Source of the DNA: a virus
Reading direction: 5' to 3' (one strand)
Virus record (IMG/VR): IMGVR_UViG_3300027357_000001
DNA: 40,298 nt
The position numbers were made by a program, and so were the translations under genes. Below, one piece after another: positions 15,485 to 23,060 of the stretch; position 1 is the first letter of the stretch, and each line of letters opens with the position of its first letter. Below the pieces are notes generated by a model that ran no database searches, was not told where the DNA came from, and saw nothing but the letters and a program-made list of their open reading frames with translations.

Positions 15485-16552
15485 TTAGTGCGCGACGGCG
15501 TAGGTCGTGGCGACCAGGGCCGCGAAGTCCTGCCCGTTGAAGACGGACTTCTTGATGCCCCACACGGTCTGGGCGGAAACGCCGAGCTCGCGCTCGTAAT
15601 CGAACAGCTCTTCCACCCACTTGAAGTGAGAGCCCTTCGAAAACTCCTTGCCGAAGCCGACTGCGGCCGCCTGCGCGCCGCAGAACACGGCGCGGCGGGT
15701 GTTGGGCTGGTAGGCCCCGGCATTGGAGATGCCGAACGGCAGACGGTTCCACTTGTGGAGGATCACGCCGTTGTACTCACCGAGTGCGCCGGTGTAGATC
15801 GGCGATTTCGAGCCGATGCCGCCGGCCAACGCCGCCTTCTGGATGTCGAGCCACTGGCCCGAGTTGGTGCTAGTCCGCATGTCCGTCACCTGAAAGTCGT
15901 GCAGGAACATGAGGAACTTCTTTTCGCCGCCAACCATGATCGGACGAACGAGCGGCGATGCCACGCCGGCACGCTCGACCAGGGCATCAATGATGCCGAG
16001 ATTCATCGTCGCGGTGTTGTCCGCGTTGATCGTGGCGTCGTCGGTCGCACCGCCCTTCCGATAGATGTTGGTCGGGGCGGTGATCGCGTTGTTGCCGGTG
16101 TACCGGGGATCGGTCACCAGGGTATTGCCGGCGAGCTGGTTCGCCATGCAGGTATCGAACCGGTTCGAGAACCAGTCCGTCAGACCGTCCTTGCCCTCGC
16201 TGCGCAGGTTGAAGGGCACGCGCTGGGCGTCGATGCTGTTCTTGTTGCGAACGCGGACGGCGTGAGCCAGTTCGTTGATGGTCAGCTTGTCCGAATAGGT
16301 CGACAGCGCCTCTTCGTTACCCTGCAGCGACTGGCCTTCGGTCACACCGTCACCGGCGAGCTGAACGCGCAGGCCGATGGTCACCTGATCGCCGGCGCTC
16401 TTCTCCAGCTCGGGCTTGATCTGGATCATGTTCGAGGAGCCCTCGCCCATGAACTTGCCGAAATAGGTGGTTTTCAGCGCTTCGACGTTGAGCTTTTTGG
16501 CCCAAAGCTTGTTGGAGAGCGTGTCATTCACGCCGTATGCGGTCGTAGACAT
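15485..16552 (-). CDS. Major capsid protein (N4-gp56-like family)
   Basis: ATG at 16552 (preceded by GAGG) within track ORF 15485-16672, 355 aa. The N-terminus MSTTAYGVNDTLSNKLWAKKLNVEALKTTYFGKFMGEG...GDQVTIGLRVQLAGDGVTEGQSLQGNEEAL matches the pattern I associate with this capsid family. Confidence 0.8.
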   Translation of the reverse strand: MSTTAYGVNDTLSNKLWAKKLNVEALKTTYFGKFMGEGSSNMIQIKPELEKSAGDQVTIGLRVQLAGDGVTEGQSLQGNEEALSTYSDKLTINELAHAVRVRNKNSIDAQRVPFNLRSEGKDGLTDWFSNRFDTCMANQLAGNTLVTDPRYTGNNAITAPTNIYRKGGATDDATINADNTATMNLGIIDALVERAGVASPLVRPIMVGGEKKFLMFLHDFQVTDMRTSTNSGQWLDIQKAALAGGIGSKSPIYTGALGEYNGVILHKWNRLPFGISNAGAYQPNTRRAVFCGAQAAAVGFGKEFSKGSHFKWVEELFDYERELGVSAQTVWGIKKSVFNGQDFAALVATTYAVAH

Positions 16553-16575
16553 TTCGATGCCTCTAGAAAGGGTTG

Positions 16576-16672
16576 ATCTCGGTGTTGGGGGTTGACCGCG
16601 ATCCGCCGCGATCGAGCGCAACACCGAGATTTCCCGCCTTCGGTGGAGGCGTGGCGCTGTGACGGGCGCCAC
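16576..16672 (-). promoter_or_regulatory. Highly structured leader upstream of the capsid gene
   Basis: Perfect 12-bp inverted repeat ATCTCGGTGTTG / CAACACCGAGAT (16576-16587 / 16619-16630). Small hairpin CCGCC-TTCG-GGTGG. 7-bp stem GTGGCGC/GCGCCAC (16651-16657 / 16666-16672). Confidence 0.4.
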
Positions 16673-16795
16673 TCGAAAACGGATTGAGGCTCCGCGGGCC
16701 TTTACTCAAACCAACTAGCGGCAGGCTCCGGTAATTCTATTAGGACCGGCCCCTGAAAGTGTACGGATCGGCGCCAACGCCGCCGCCGCTAACTT

Positions 16796-17758
16796 CTAGC
16801 CACCAAACAAGCGCCGAGCTTTCGCCGGGTTCTTGTTGCACCACGCTTCGAACTCGTCCGCCGGCATCGCAATCAAGGCTTCCGCGGTCATGTCCGCATC
16901 GCCCGCGCTTCCGCCGGTGCTGGACAGGCTCTTGTTGGCTGCCTGCCCTCGCTCGATCGTCTCGAGCTTTTCCGCGCCCTTGCCCTTGGATGGATCGGGA
17001 GCGGCCGCCTTGTAACCGCGCTGCTTTGCCAGCGCGTAGATCATTTCCGCCGGGCTCTTGTTCTTGGAGAAAGCCATTTCAGCAATGGCGGTTTCGTCCG
17101 CGATGAGAGCCTGATGCAGGGCTTCCGGAGTATCGTATCCGATCGCCTGCAACTCGGCTGCGCGTGACTGTAGGAGGAAGTCATAAGCGGTTCGATAATC
17201 CGGCGTCGCCTTCTGAAACGTTTCAGCATCGTTGCGGTAACGGTTGACGAAATCGGTCTGAGCCGCCGCGTCCTCCCGGGCCTTCTTCTCGGCGGCAGCC
17301 TGGTCATCAAGCCGCTTCTGCAACTGCGCCACGGTCTCGTTCGTGTGCTTCACCGCCCCGAAAATGTCATCCTCGACCGTCGGGGGCGCTGCCGGCTGTT
17401 CGGTGCCAGGATCGGCGCCGGCGAGCTTGAGCCGGTCGATGATGGAGAATTTGCCGGTGAACTCGGCAATCTGCTTTTGCGCATCGGCGAGCTGCCGCGC
17501 CATCTCCTTGCGCGCGTTCTTCTCTTCCAGGAAGGTCGCAAGCGGAACGTGATCGTTCTTCGTGGTGCTGGTGTCCGGCGCTTTCGGCGTTCCGCCCTCG
17601 CCGCCCTCGACCGTGCCGCTCGTTTCGCCGGAGCCTTCGCCGCCACCCTCGCCGGTCGGAATGGTGCCCTCGCCGCCGCTCGAGAAAAATGCCTCTTCTT
17701 CTGCCGTCATGGTCGGGCCGCCACCGCCCGCGCCGCCTTCGATCCCTTCAAAGTTCAT
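16796..17758 (-). CDS. Scaffolding protein
   Basis: Acidic, Gly/Glu-rich N-terminus followed by long helical Ala/Glu/Lys/Gln-rich segments, located directly upstream of the capsid gene. The start is ATG 17758 or TTG 17821. Confidence 0.65.
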   Translation of the reverse strand: MNFEGIEGGAGGGGPTMTAEEEAFFSSGGEGTIPTGEGGGEGSGETSGTVEGGEGGTPKAPDTSTTKNDHVPLATFLEEKNARKEMARQLADAQKQIAEFTGKFSIIDRLKLAGADPGTEQPAAPPTVEDDIFGAVKHTNETVAQLQKRLDDQAAAEKKAREDAAAQTDFVNRYRNDAETFQKATPDYRTAYDFLLQSRAAELQAIGYDTPEALHQALIADETAIAEMAFSKNKSPAEMIYALAKQRGYKAAAPDPSKGKGAEKLETIERGQAANKSLSSTGGSAGDADMTAEALIAMPADEFEAWCNKNPAKARRLFGG

Positions 17759-17834
17759 GTTTTCGCTTTCTGCCGGTGCTGCCGGCTCAGAGAACACGGA
17801 AACGCCGTGCGCGCGGATCAAGCGTTAACCGCGC

Positions 17835-18485
17835 CTAGCAAGCGAGAAGTAACAACGCCTCTTCGTCGCGCCGCTTTTTCTGTGCAGCCGCGGCGGCCTG
17901 CTGAGCCGCCATGCGCTCGCGAGCGACCGCCTGCATATCAAGAACTGGGACAGCGGGAGCGATGGGCGCCCTTCCCATGGACTGGAAACGCGGCCGCGTC
18001 CGCCGGTCGATCGGCACGCCCGGATTGCGCGTGATCCGCTGGAGCTGCCGCGCTCGCTCCATTTCCTCCAGGTAATGGCCGATGCCGCCTTGTTGGAAAT
18101 CGTAGTCAAAGCCGGTGCGGGAAAGCGCGACGTCATTCGCCGTGATGACCAGCGAAGCCGCCTCAACCGGCCCCGTCATGGGCTCATTGACGTTGAACAT
18201 CGCGATGCTGAACGCCGCCGGCGCAACGGCCTGCGATATCGCAACGGCAGGCGCCTTTAGCGTGCAGACAAGCGACGTCGCCGTGATCGGCTCTTGAAGC
18301 CGATACGTCACCGCTCCTCCGGTAATCGCCCAGACCGCGGCGCCGACGCTCTCCGAGATCTTCAACGTGACCGATTGCGTCGTGACCGCAACGCTCGCCG
18401 CCGACACCGGGAGCGTGATCGCCCCCGATCGCGGGATTTGCCCGATCGCGGAGCGTCCTAGCGCGTCAAAGCCGAGAAGAGACAT
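17835..18485 (-). CDS. Hypothetical virion protein (216 aa)
   Basis: Clean ORF between portal and scaffold genes. No motif recognised. Confidence 0.6.
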   Translation of the reverse strand: MSLLGFDALGRSAIGQIPRSGAITLPVSAASVAVTTQSVTLKISESVGAAVWAITGGAVTYRLQEPITATSLVCTLKAPAVAISQAVAPAAFSIAMFNVNEPMTGPVEAASLVITANDVALSRTGFDYDFQQGGIGHYLEEMERARQLQRITRNPGVPIDRRTRPRFQSMGRAPIAPAVPVLDMQAVARERMAAQQAAAAAQKKRRDEEALLLLAC

Positions 18486-18486
18486 T

Positions 18487-18915
18487 CTAGACCGTCAGGG
18501 ACGTTGCGTTGAGAGCGGTCGCGATCTCGTTCATTCGCGGCTGGCCCAAGATGCCAACCAGGGCTTGCCAGCCCGCAAGAAAACGCTGGTTCGCGACCTC
18601 CATGGGATCGCGTTGCGCGAGGAAGGAAAACCAAAGAAGCGCCTTCGCGCTGTCTGCGGCGATCGCCGCCTGCACCGTGGCAATGTCAGCCGCCGTGAAC
18701 TGAGCCATAAGGTCTTGTGGCAACACCTGAGTTGCAACGAAAGGCGAGACCACACCGCCGCCGGTGATCCAATCCCGAACCATCTGAGAGAACGGAAGCG
18801 GACCATTCAGCTCTATGCCGCTGTTCAGCATGGTTTCGCCGTCATCTGCAGACGATTTGACGTCGACAAGGGTGTGTTCAGCATTGGCATAGGCGGCGGC
18901 GCTGATCTTTGTCAC
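18487..18915 (-). CDS. Hypothetical protein (142 aa)
   Basis: Clean ORF. Its ATG overlaps the upstream stop (ATGA 18912-18915). Confidence 0.6.
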   Translation of the reverse strand: MTKISAAAYANAEHTLVDVKSSADDGETMLNSGIELNGPLPFSQMVRDWITGGGVVSPFVATQVLPQDLMAQFTAADIATVQAAIAADSAKALLWFSFLAQRDPMEVANQRFLAGWQALVGILGQPRMNEIATALNATSLTV

Positions 18916-19889
18916 TTCGGCACCTCATAGAACCCGGTGACGTTGTAGGTCGTGTTGGCGAGAACAGTTGTCGAGTTGTCATAGTAGCCGAACTGAGCAA
19001 GGCTCGAACTATTCGGGAGCAGCGCGCGGCATGACTTGCCGTTTGACTGTGTTTCCGCTCCAGCGAGTTCGACAAAGATCGTGTTGGCAGAGCTGATCGG
19101 CACGGATGCAAACAGGTTTCCGGTGGCCGTCCCAACGCTGACGATGGCGGCCTGAAGATTGAGATCAACCTTGGTGCGGATCTTCCGGTATCGGCCGCTT
19201 GCGCTCGTCGTGCCCAGCGTTCCGGAGGTCGCGCTTAAGGTCGGCGTATAGGCGACCCATTCACCAGCGTGATTGGCCGTGTACAGATTGGCGCCGTCAC
19301 ACCAAATCCGCATGCTTTCACTCTGGTAGATGCCAGCGGTTGCCGCGGCGTCGATCGTTCCAGAGCCAGGGGTGAGCGTGGCAATGCCCGTATTGGTGTT
19401 GATAATATCGCAGTACCAGCCATCGCCGAGCGCGGCCGGCGAACTCGTTCCGAGCGCGATCGCGCCTGCACGGTTCAGCTTGACCAGCTTTCCGAAATCA
19501 GAAGCTACCAGCGTGTCGCTCGCGGCCGTGACCGATCGCGTCGGACCACGCGACACCAAATCCTCTTTCAGAGCCACGACGGCAACCTGCGGGACGGTCG
19601 TAAAGTTGATCGGCGTCCCGGCCCCCGACTGCCCGGCCCCTGTGCCCGTTCCCGATGAATTGTAGAGGACGGTGGTTCGCGTCAGGACGCCCGTCGCAGT
19701 GTTATACGTCCCCTCGCCCAATTCCCACTGCGAGAGGTCGGAATTTTCCGCGCGATACTTGTACGTCGCGCCATTGACGACGCCGGCCGCCGCCGGGCTT
19801 TGATAGCCCGTCACCGCGGAGGAGTACGTCCAATCGGTCGTTCCCCCTGCGGTTGGCGTGAAACGGCAAACGTTGAGAAATGAGGCCAT
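18912..19889 (-). CDS. Fibre-/receptor-binding-like structural protein (325 aa)
   Basis: Thr/Gly/Ser/Ala-rich beta-type composition (TPTAGGTTDWTYSSAVTGY..., NSSGTGTGAGQSGAGT). No collar motif. Confidence 0.55.
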   Translation of the reverse strand: MASFLNVCRFTPTAGGTTDWTYSSAVTGYQSPAAAGVVNGATYKYRAENSDLSQWELGEGTYNTATGVLTRTTVLYNSSGTGTGAGQSGAGTPINFTTVPQVAVVALKEDLVSRGPTRSVTAASDTLVASDFGKLVKLNRAGAIALGTSSPAALGDGWYCDIINTNTGIATLTPGSGTIDAAATAGIYQSESMRIWCDGANLYTANHAGEWVAYTPTLSATSGTLGTTSASGRYRKIRTKVDLNLQAAIVSVGTATGNLFASVPISSANTIFVELAGAETQSNGKSCRALLPNSSSLAQFGYYDNSTTVLANTTYNVTGFYEVPK

Positions 19890-20308
19890 TACTGTACCGT
19901 CAACGTACCGTTGACCTGATCGAAGCCGACAATGAAGCTATTGCCGTTGGTCAGCGTGATCGGAGCGCCATAGTCGACCCAGCCGATAAGATTGCCGGCC
20001 GCTGGCGTCGAGTTGTAGAGCACGGCATAGCGGAACGTCGCAAAGGAGCCGCCCGCGGCCGCGAACTGCACCGGCGACAGGATCAGCTTGTAGAGCCCCG
20101 CGGTGTCCGCACCCGACACGAAGGGGGCAAGCAGACCGCCGGCCGTGTAGCCGAAGCCGGCCGCGATTTCGGTAATGTCCGCCTTCACGGCGTTGGTCGC
20201 GACTGGCGCGACATTGCTCAACAAGACCTTGAGCGCGTCGGCGTTCAGATTGTGAACCTTCGTCGCGAGGTCACCCGAAAAGCAGTTGAATTTGGTCAGC
20301 GCGGCCAT
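19889..20308 (-). CDS. Hypothetical structural protein (139 aa)
   Basis: It starts immediately after the portal stop and shares one base with the next gene. Confidence 0.6.
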   Translation of the reverse strand: MAALTKFNCFSGDLATKVHNLNADALKVLLSNVAPVATNAVKADITEIAAGFGYTAGGLLAPFVSGADTAGLYKLILSPVQFAAAGGSFATFRYAVLYNSTPAAGNLIGWVDYGAPITLTNGNSFIVGFDQVNGTLTVQ

Positions 20309-22513
20309 TTAGTGCGTCCCCATAGGTGCGATCCCGACGATTTCACCGGTCTGCGGGTCGCGGATCAGTTGTTTCGGTGTGTTGAGCGCGGTCGCGAGCG
20401 TTGTCATGTCGCGCCGCATCTCCTGAATAAGACCGAGGATCAGCGCGGCCATATCGCCGCCGGCGGGAGCGCCAGCCACCGGCGCACCGTCCGGGCCGAC
20501 CTGTTGCGGCGCCGTCAGCGCCCTCAACACCGCGTCGTGCTGCGCTTTTTCCCGCTCCAGCGCGATCGAAGCGGCGGTTTCCGCCTTCATGTTCTCGATT
20601 TTCGCGTCGGACGCTGCCTTGTCGTTGGCGATTTTCGCCTGTGCCTTGTCGTTCTCGAGCTTCAAATCGGCGTCGCGCTTCTGTTGCTCCGGATCGGGCT
20701 GTTGCTGCGCTTGATTGATGCTGTCCGCGATGTCCTTCTGCGCCGAGGTCGGCAGCGGCGAATACTTGAGCAGCGCGAGCCAGGTTGCCGGCGGCAGCAT
20801 CTTGCCGATGACCGGGAGAAGCTGTTGCAGCATCGCCCAGGTGGCCTCTTTCTGGTTCGCCGAGGTCGGGCTTTCGTCCACAATCACGTCATATTGCGTG
20901 CTGTTGGTGAAAACCTGTTCGCGGATCAGCGGGACGTACTTCGCGTTTTCCTCGCCCTCGATCTTGATGAGGCGGCCGTCCGACAAATAGTGCTCGATCA
21001 GGTACAGCATGAGCCGGCCCTGTGACTTCCGGTAGCGTCGGAGGCTATCGAACAGCGGTTGCAAGATGGTCAGGGCCGATTGCTTGCGCTGGAGGTCGAG
21101 GCTTGCCGCCTGCCCGGCCGCGCTCTGCATGCCGAGGATCTCGACATTGACACCCGAGACGTCCCGAAGCGACGTCACGGCATACTGCATCAGCTCGAAC
21201 GAGGATTGCGGGAACTGGGACGTTGGCTTGGCGACGAATTTCGGATTGGCGCCAGAGAGCGCACCCGGTTTGAGCATTGTCACCGTGTCTTGCTTCGCCC
21301 AGGACGCTTCACCGTCCGCGTCGTCGTCGAAGAACTGACCGCGCTCGACCGCAATTCCACCCTTCGCGGTCGTGTTCATGATGTGCATGGTCTGCGACAT
21401 CCACTTGTTCGACCAGCGCGCCGGATCCTTCATGGCGCGCACCAGGCCGAAGAAGATGTTTTTGTTCCGGTCCCGCTTGCCGGTCATGCATTGGAACGAG
21501 AAATGCCCCCTGCAGGGCGCGTCGCCGATCTCGAGCAGCACGTTGCCAAGATAGGCTTGCCGGTAGACCTTGCGCGTCGACTTGGTGAACCGCAGCGCCC
21601 CGCCGGCGGCCTTCGCCTTGGCGCTGAGGCTGTCAAAATCGTCCTTATCCAGCGTCAGGATGTTCTCGCCGGTCGGATCGGTCGGGTCTAGGACGAGATA
21701 GACCGGGACGCGCTCCCACCACTGAGCGCGAACAAGGGTCACACCGTCGTCGCTGTCCTCGCCGTTGTTGACGTCGCCCTTGTTGTAGAACCGGTTATCG
21801 TTCTCATGGGGCTTGTCGTCATCGCGCTCGCCGACGTCGTTGATCCATGAGGCGTTGTAATCGGCGTCCTCAAAGGGTCGGTCGGGATCGCCCGGGCAAA
21901 GCGCTTTGGCCTCGTCCAACGGCACATTGCGCCGGACATGAAATACCCGGCGCATATCCTTGAGATTTCGCTTGGAAGCGCCGCTATCCCACACCATTTC
22001 GAGCGGATCGCGCCGCTCAATCTTGGGATCGCCCTCCGGATTGTCCTCATAGTCCAGGAGGGTTTCGGTCCAGCCCATGCCGCAAACAACCATGTCGCGG
22101 AAGGCGTCGCTTTCCTCGTCCTCAGCGTCGCACTGTTGCCGGAACCACTTCGCGGCTGCGGTCAGCAGCTCATTGACTTTGACGTCACCTTGCGATCGCG
22201 GGAGGAATTGGACCTCTTGCCGGTTGCCCACCTCTTGACCGGCGACGCTATCGACCACCGGGCCGACGCGGTTGAAGATGACGATGGGCCGCTTTGCGTC
22301 TTTGAGGATCGCCTTATCATCCTCGGTGAGCTGTTCGCCGGCCTCAAAGTCAAAGTCCTCGCGCGCTTCCGAGCGCCATTTCGTCTGCCCCTTGCTGTTG
22401 AAATCCAGCTTGCACCACTTCTGGAGCTTGGAAAAAATGGCGTCAGCGTCGGTCGGCGCCTCGCGCTCGCTCTCTTCGCCCTGCCCGTAGCCGCCCGCGT
22501 CGTTCAGCATCAA
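20309..22513 (-). CDS. Portal protein (P22-like, with long C-terminal coiled-coil barrel)
   Basis: 734 aa, the first large ORF after the terminase. The N-terminal pattern is W-R-x-E-A-R-E-D-x-D-F-x-x-G-E-Q. The C-terminal 130 aa or so are Gln/Lys/Ala/Asp-rich coiled coil (QQQPDPEQQKRDADLKLENDKAQAKIANDKAASDAKIENMKAE). Confidence 0.8.
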   Translation of the reverse strand: MMLNDAGGYGQGEESEREAPTDADAIFSKLQKWCKLDFNSKGQTKWRSEAREDFDFEAGEQLTEDDKAILKDAKRPIVIFNRVGPVVDSVAGQEVGNRQEVQFLPRSQGDVKVNELLTAAAKWFRQQCDAEDEESDAFRDMVVCGMGWTETLLDYEDNPEGDPKIERRDPLEMVWDSGASKRNLKDMRRVFHVRRNVPLDEAKALCPGDPDRPFEDADYNASWINDVGERDDDKPHENDNRFYNKGDVNNGEDSDDGVTLVRAQWWERVPVYLVLDPTDPTGENILTLDKDDFDSLSAKAKAAGGALRFTKSTRKVYRQAYLGNVLLEIGDAPCRGHFSFQCMTGKRDRNKNIFFGLVRAMKDPARWSNKWMSQTMHIMNTTAKGGIAVERGQFFDDDADGEASWAKQDTVTMLKPGALSGANPKFVAKPTSQFPQSSFELMQYAVTSLRDVSGVNVEILGMQSAAGQAASLDLQRKQSALTILQPLFDSLRRYRKSQGRLMLYLIEHYLSDGRLIKIEGEENAKYVPLIREQVFTNSTQYDVIVDESPTSANQKEATWAMLQQLLPVIGKMLPPATWLALLKYSPLPTSAQKDIADSINQAQQQPDPEQQKRDADLKLENDKAQAKIANDKAASDAKIENMKAETAASIALEREKAQHDAVLRALTAPQQVGPDGAPVAGAPAGGDMAALILGLIQEMRRDMTTLATALNTPKQLIRDPQTGEIVGIAPMGTH

Positions 22514-22564
22514 AAATCATCCGAGTGGATTGATCTTCGGTGCTACCATCCGGCAGGAAATGAA

Positions 22565-22592
22565 TTTTCAGACGCGCGAACCGTGCTATATT
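22565..22592 (+). promoter_or_regulatory. Candidate sigma70-type promoter for the tRNA-like gene
   Basis: TTTTCA (22565-22570), 16-nt spacer, TATATT (22587-22592). The -10 element ends 8 nt before the tRNA-like 5' end. Confidence 0.35.
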
Positions 22593-22600
22593 CGACGGGC

Positions 22601-22694
22601 TCGAACGTAGCTCAGCGGGATAGAGCGCGGGTTACCCAGTGCAAGCTAAAGGCACTGAAACGCGAGGCCGCCGGTTCAAGTCCGGTCGTTCGAG
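22601..22694 (+). tRNA. tRNA-like gene with canonical acceptor, D and T arms but a non-canonical 43-nt central domain; isotype undetermined
   Basis: Acceptor TCGAACG/CGTTCGA (extendable to 9 bp). U8-A9. D arm GCTC-AGCGGGATA-GAGC. T arm GCCGG-TTCAAGT-CCGGT. Discriminator G, no encoded CCA. The central region 22627-22669 folds as a 6-bp hairpin CAGTGC/GCACTG with 9-nt loop AAGCTAAAG, instead of a 5-bp/7-nt anticodon arm. Confidence 0.55.
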
Positions 22695-22885
22695 CGACTT
22701 ACTTCCGATGATGGGGGCCTTTTATTGTTTCGCCACGGTCATGCCCAGGACCGGCGAGGGCCAGCTAATCGGTGAAGCGCCCCGGGGATAACCGGCCGCA
22801 GCAATAGCGGCCTTCGACCCAGCAGCTCCCGCAAATACCACGGCGCACACAACCGCGGCTTTTTCGCTTTCCCTCTCGACCAAAC

Positions 22886-23053
22886 TCAACTCTGCTTTGG
22901 CGCCTTCGGCTTTGGTGGCGCCAGGTCATCAACTTCATAGACAACGCCGTCGCGGCGGAAGATCAGGTCGCCACCAAGCGACAGGACAACCTCATCGGTC
23001 TCCCGTAGACCGCGGAAATCTTGCCAATGGATCACGACGGGTTTGTTCTGCAT
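22886..23053 (-). CDS. Hypothetical small protein, 55 aa (below ORF-track cutoff)
   Basis: Hand translation: MQNKPVVIHWQDFRGLRETDEVVLSLGGDLIFRRDGVVYEVDDLAPPKPKAPKQS. The ATG lies 7 nt after the terL stop. Confidence 0.55.
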   Translation of the reverse strand: MQNKPVVIHWQDFRGLRETDEVVLSLGGDLIFRRDGVVYEVDDLAPPKPKAPKQS

Positions 23054-23060
23054 CTATCCA

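Noticed and set aside
22599-22696. The tRNA-like element considered as tRNA-Sec or a class II (Leu/Ser/Tyr) tRNA, because of its 94-nt length and up to 9-bp acceptor helix.
   Set aside because: No UCA-containing 7-nt anticodon loop is present. No partition of the 43-nt centre gives a 5-bp/7-nt anticodon arm plus a variable arm. The D arm is the ordinary 4-bp type.
22722-22850. 42-aa minus-strand ORF (VCAVVFAGAAGSKAAIAAAG...) downstream of the 55-aa ORF.
   Set aside because: The GTG start has a poorly spaced SD, and the sequence is short and Ala/Gly-rich. It is kept only as a remark in the gap finding.
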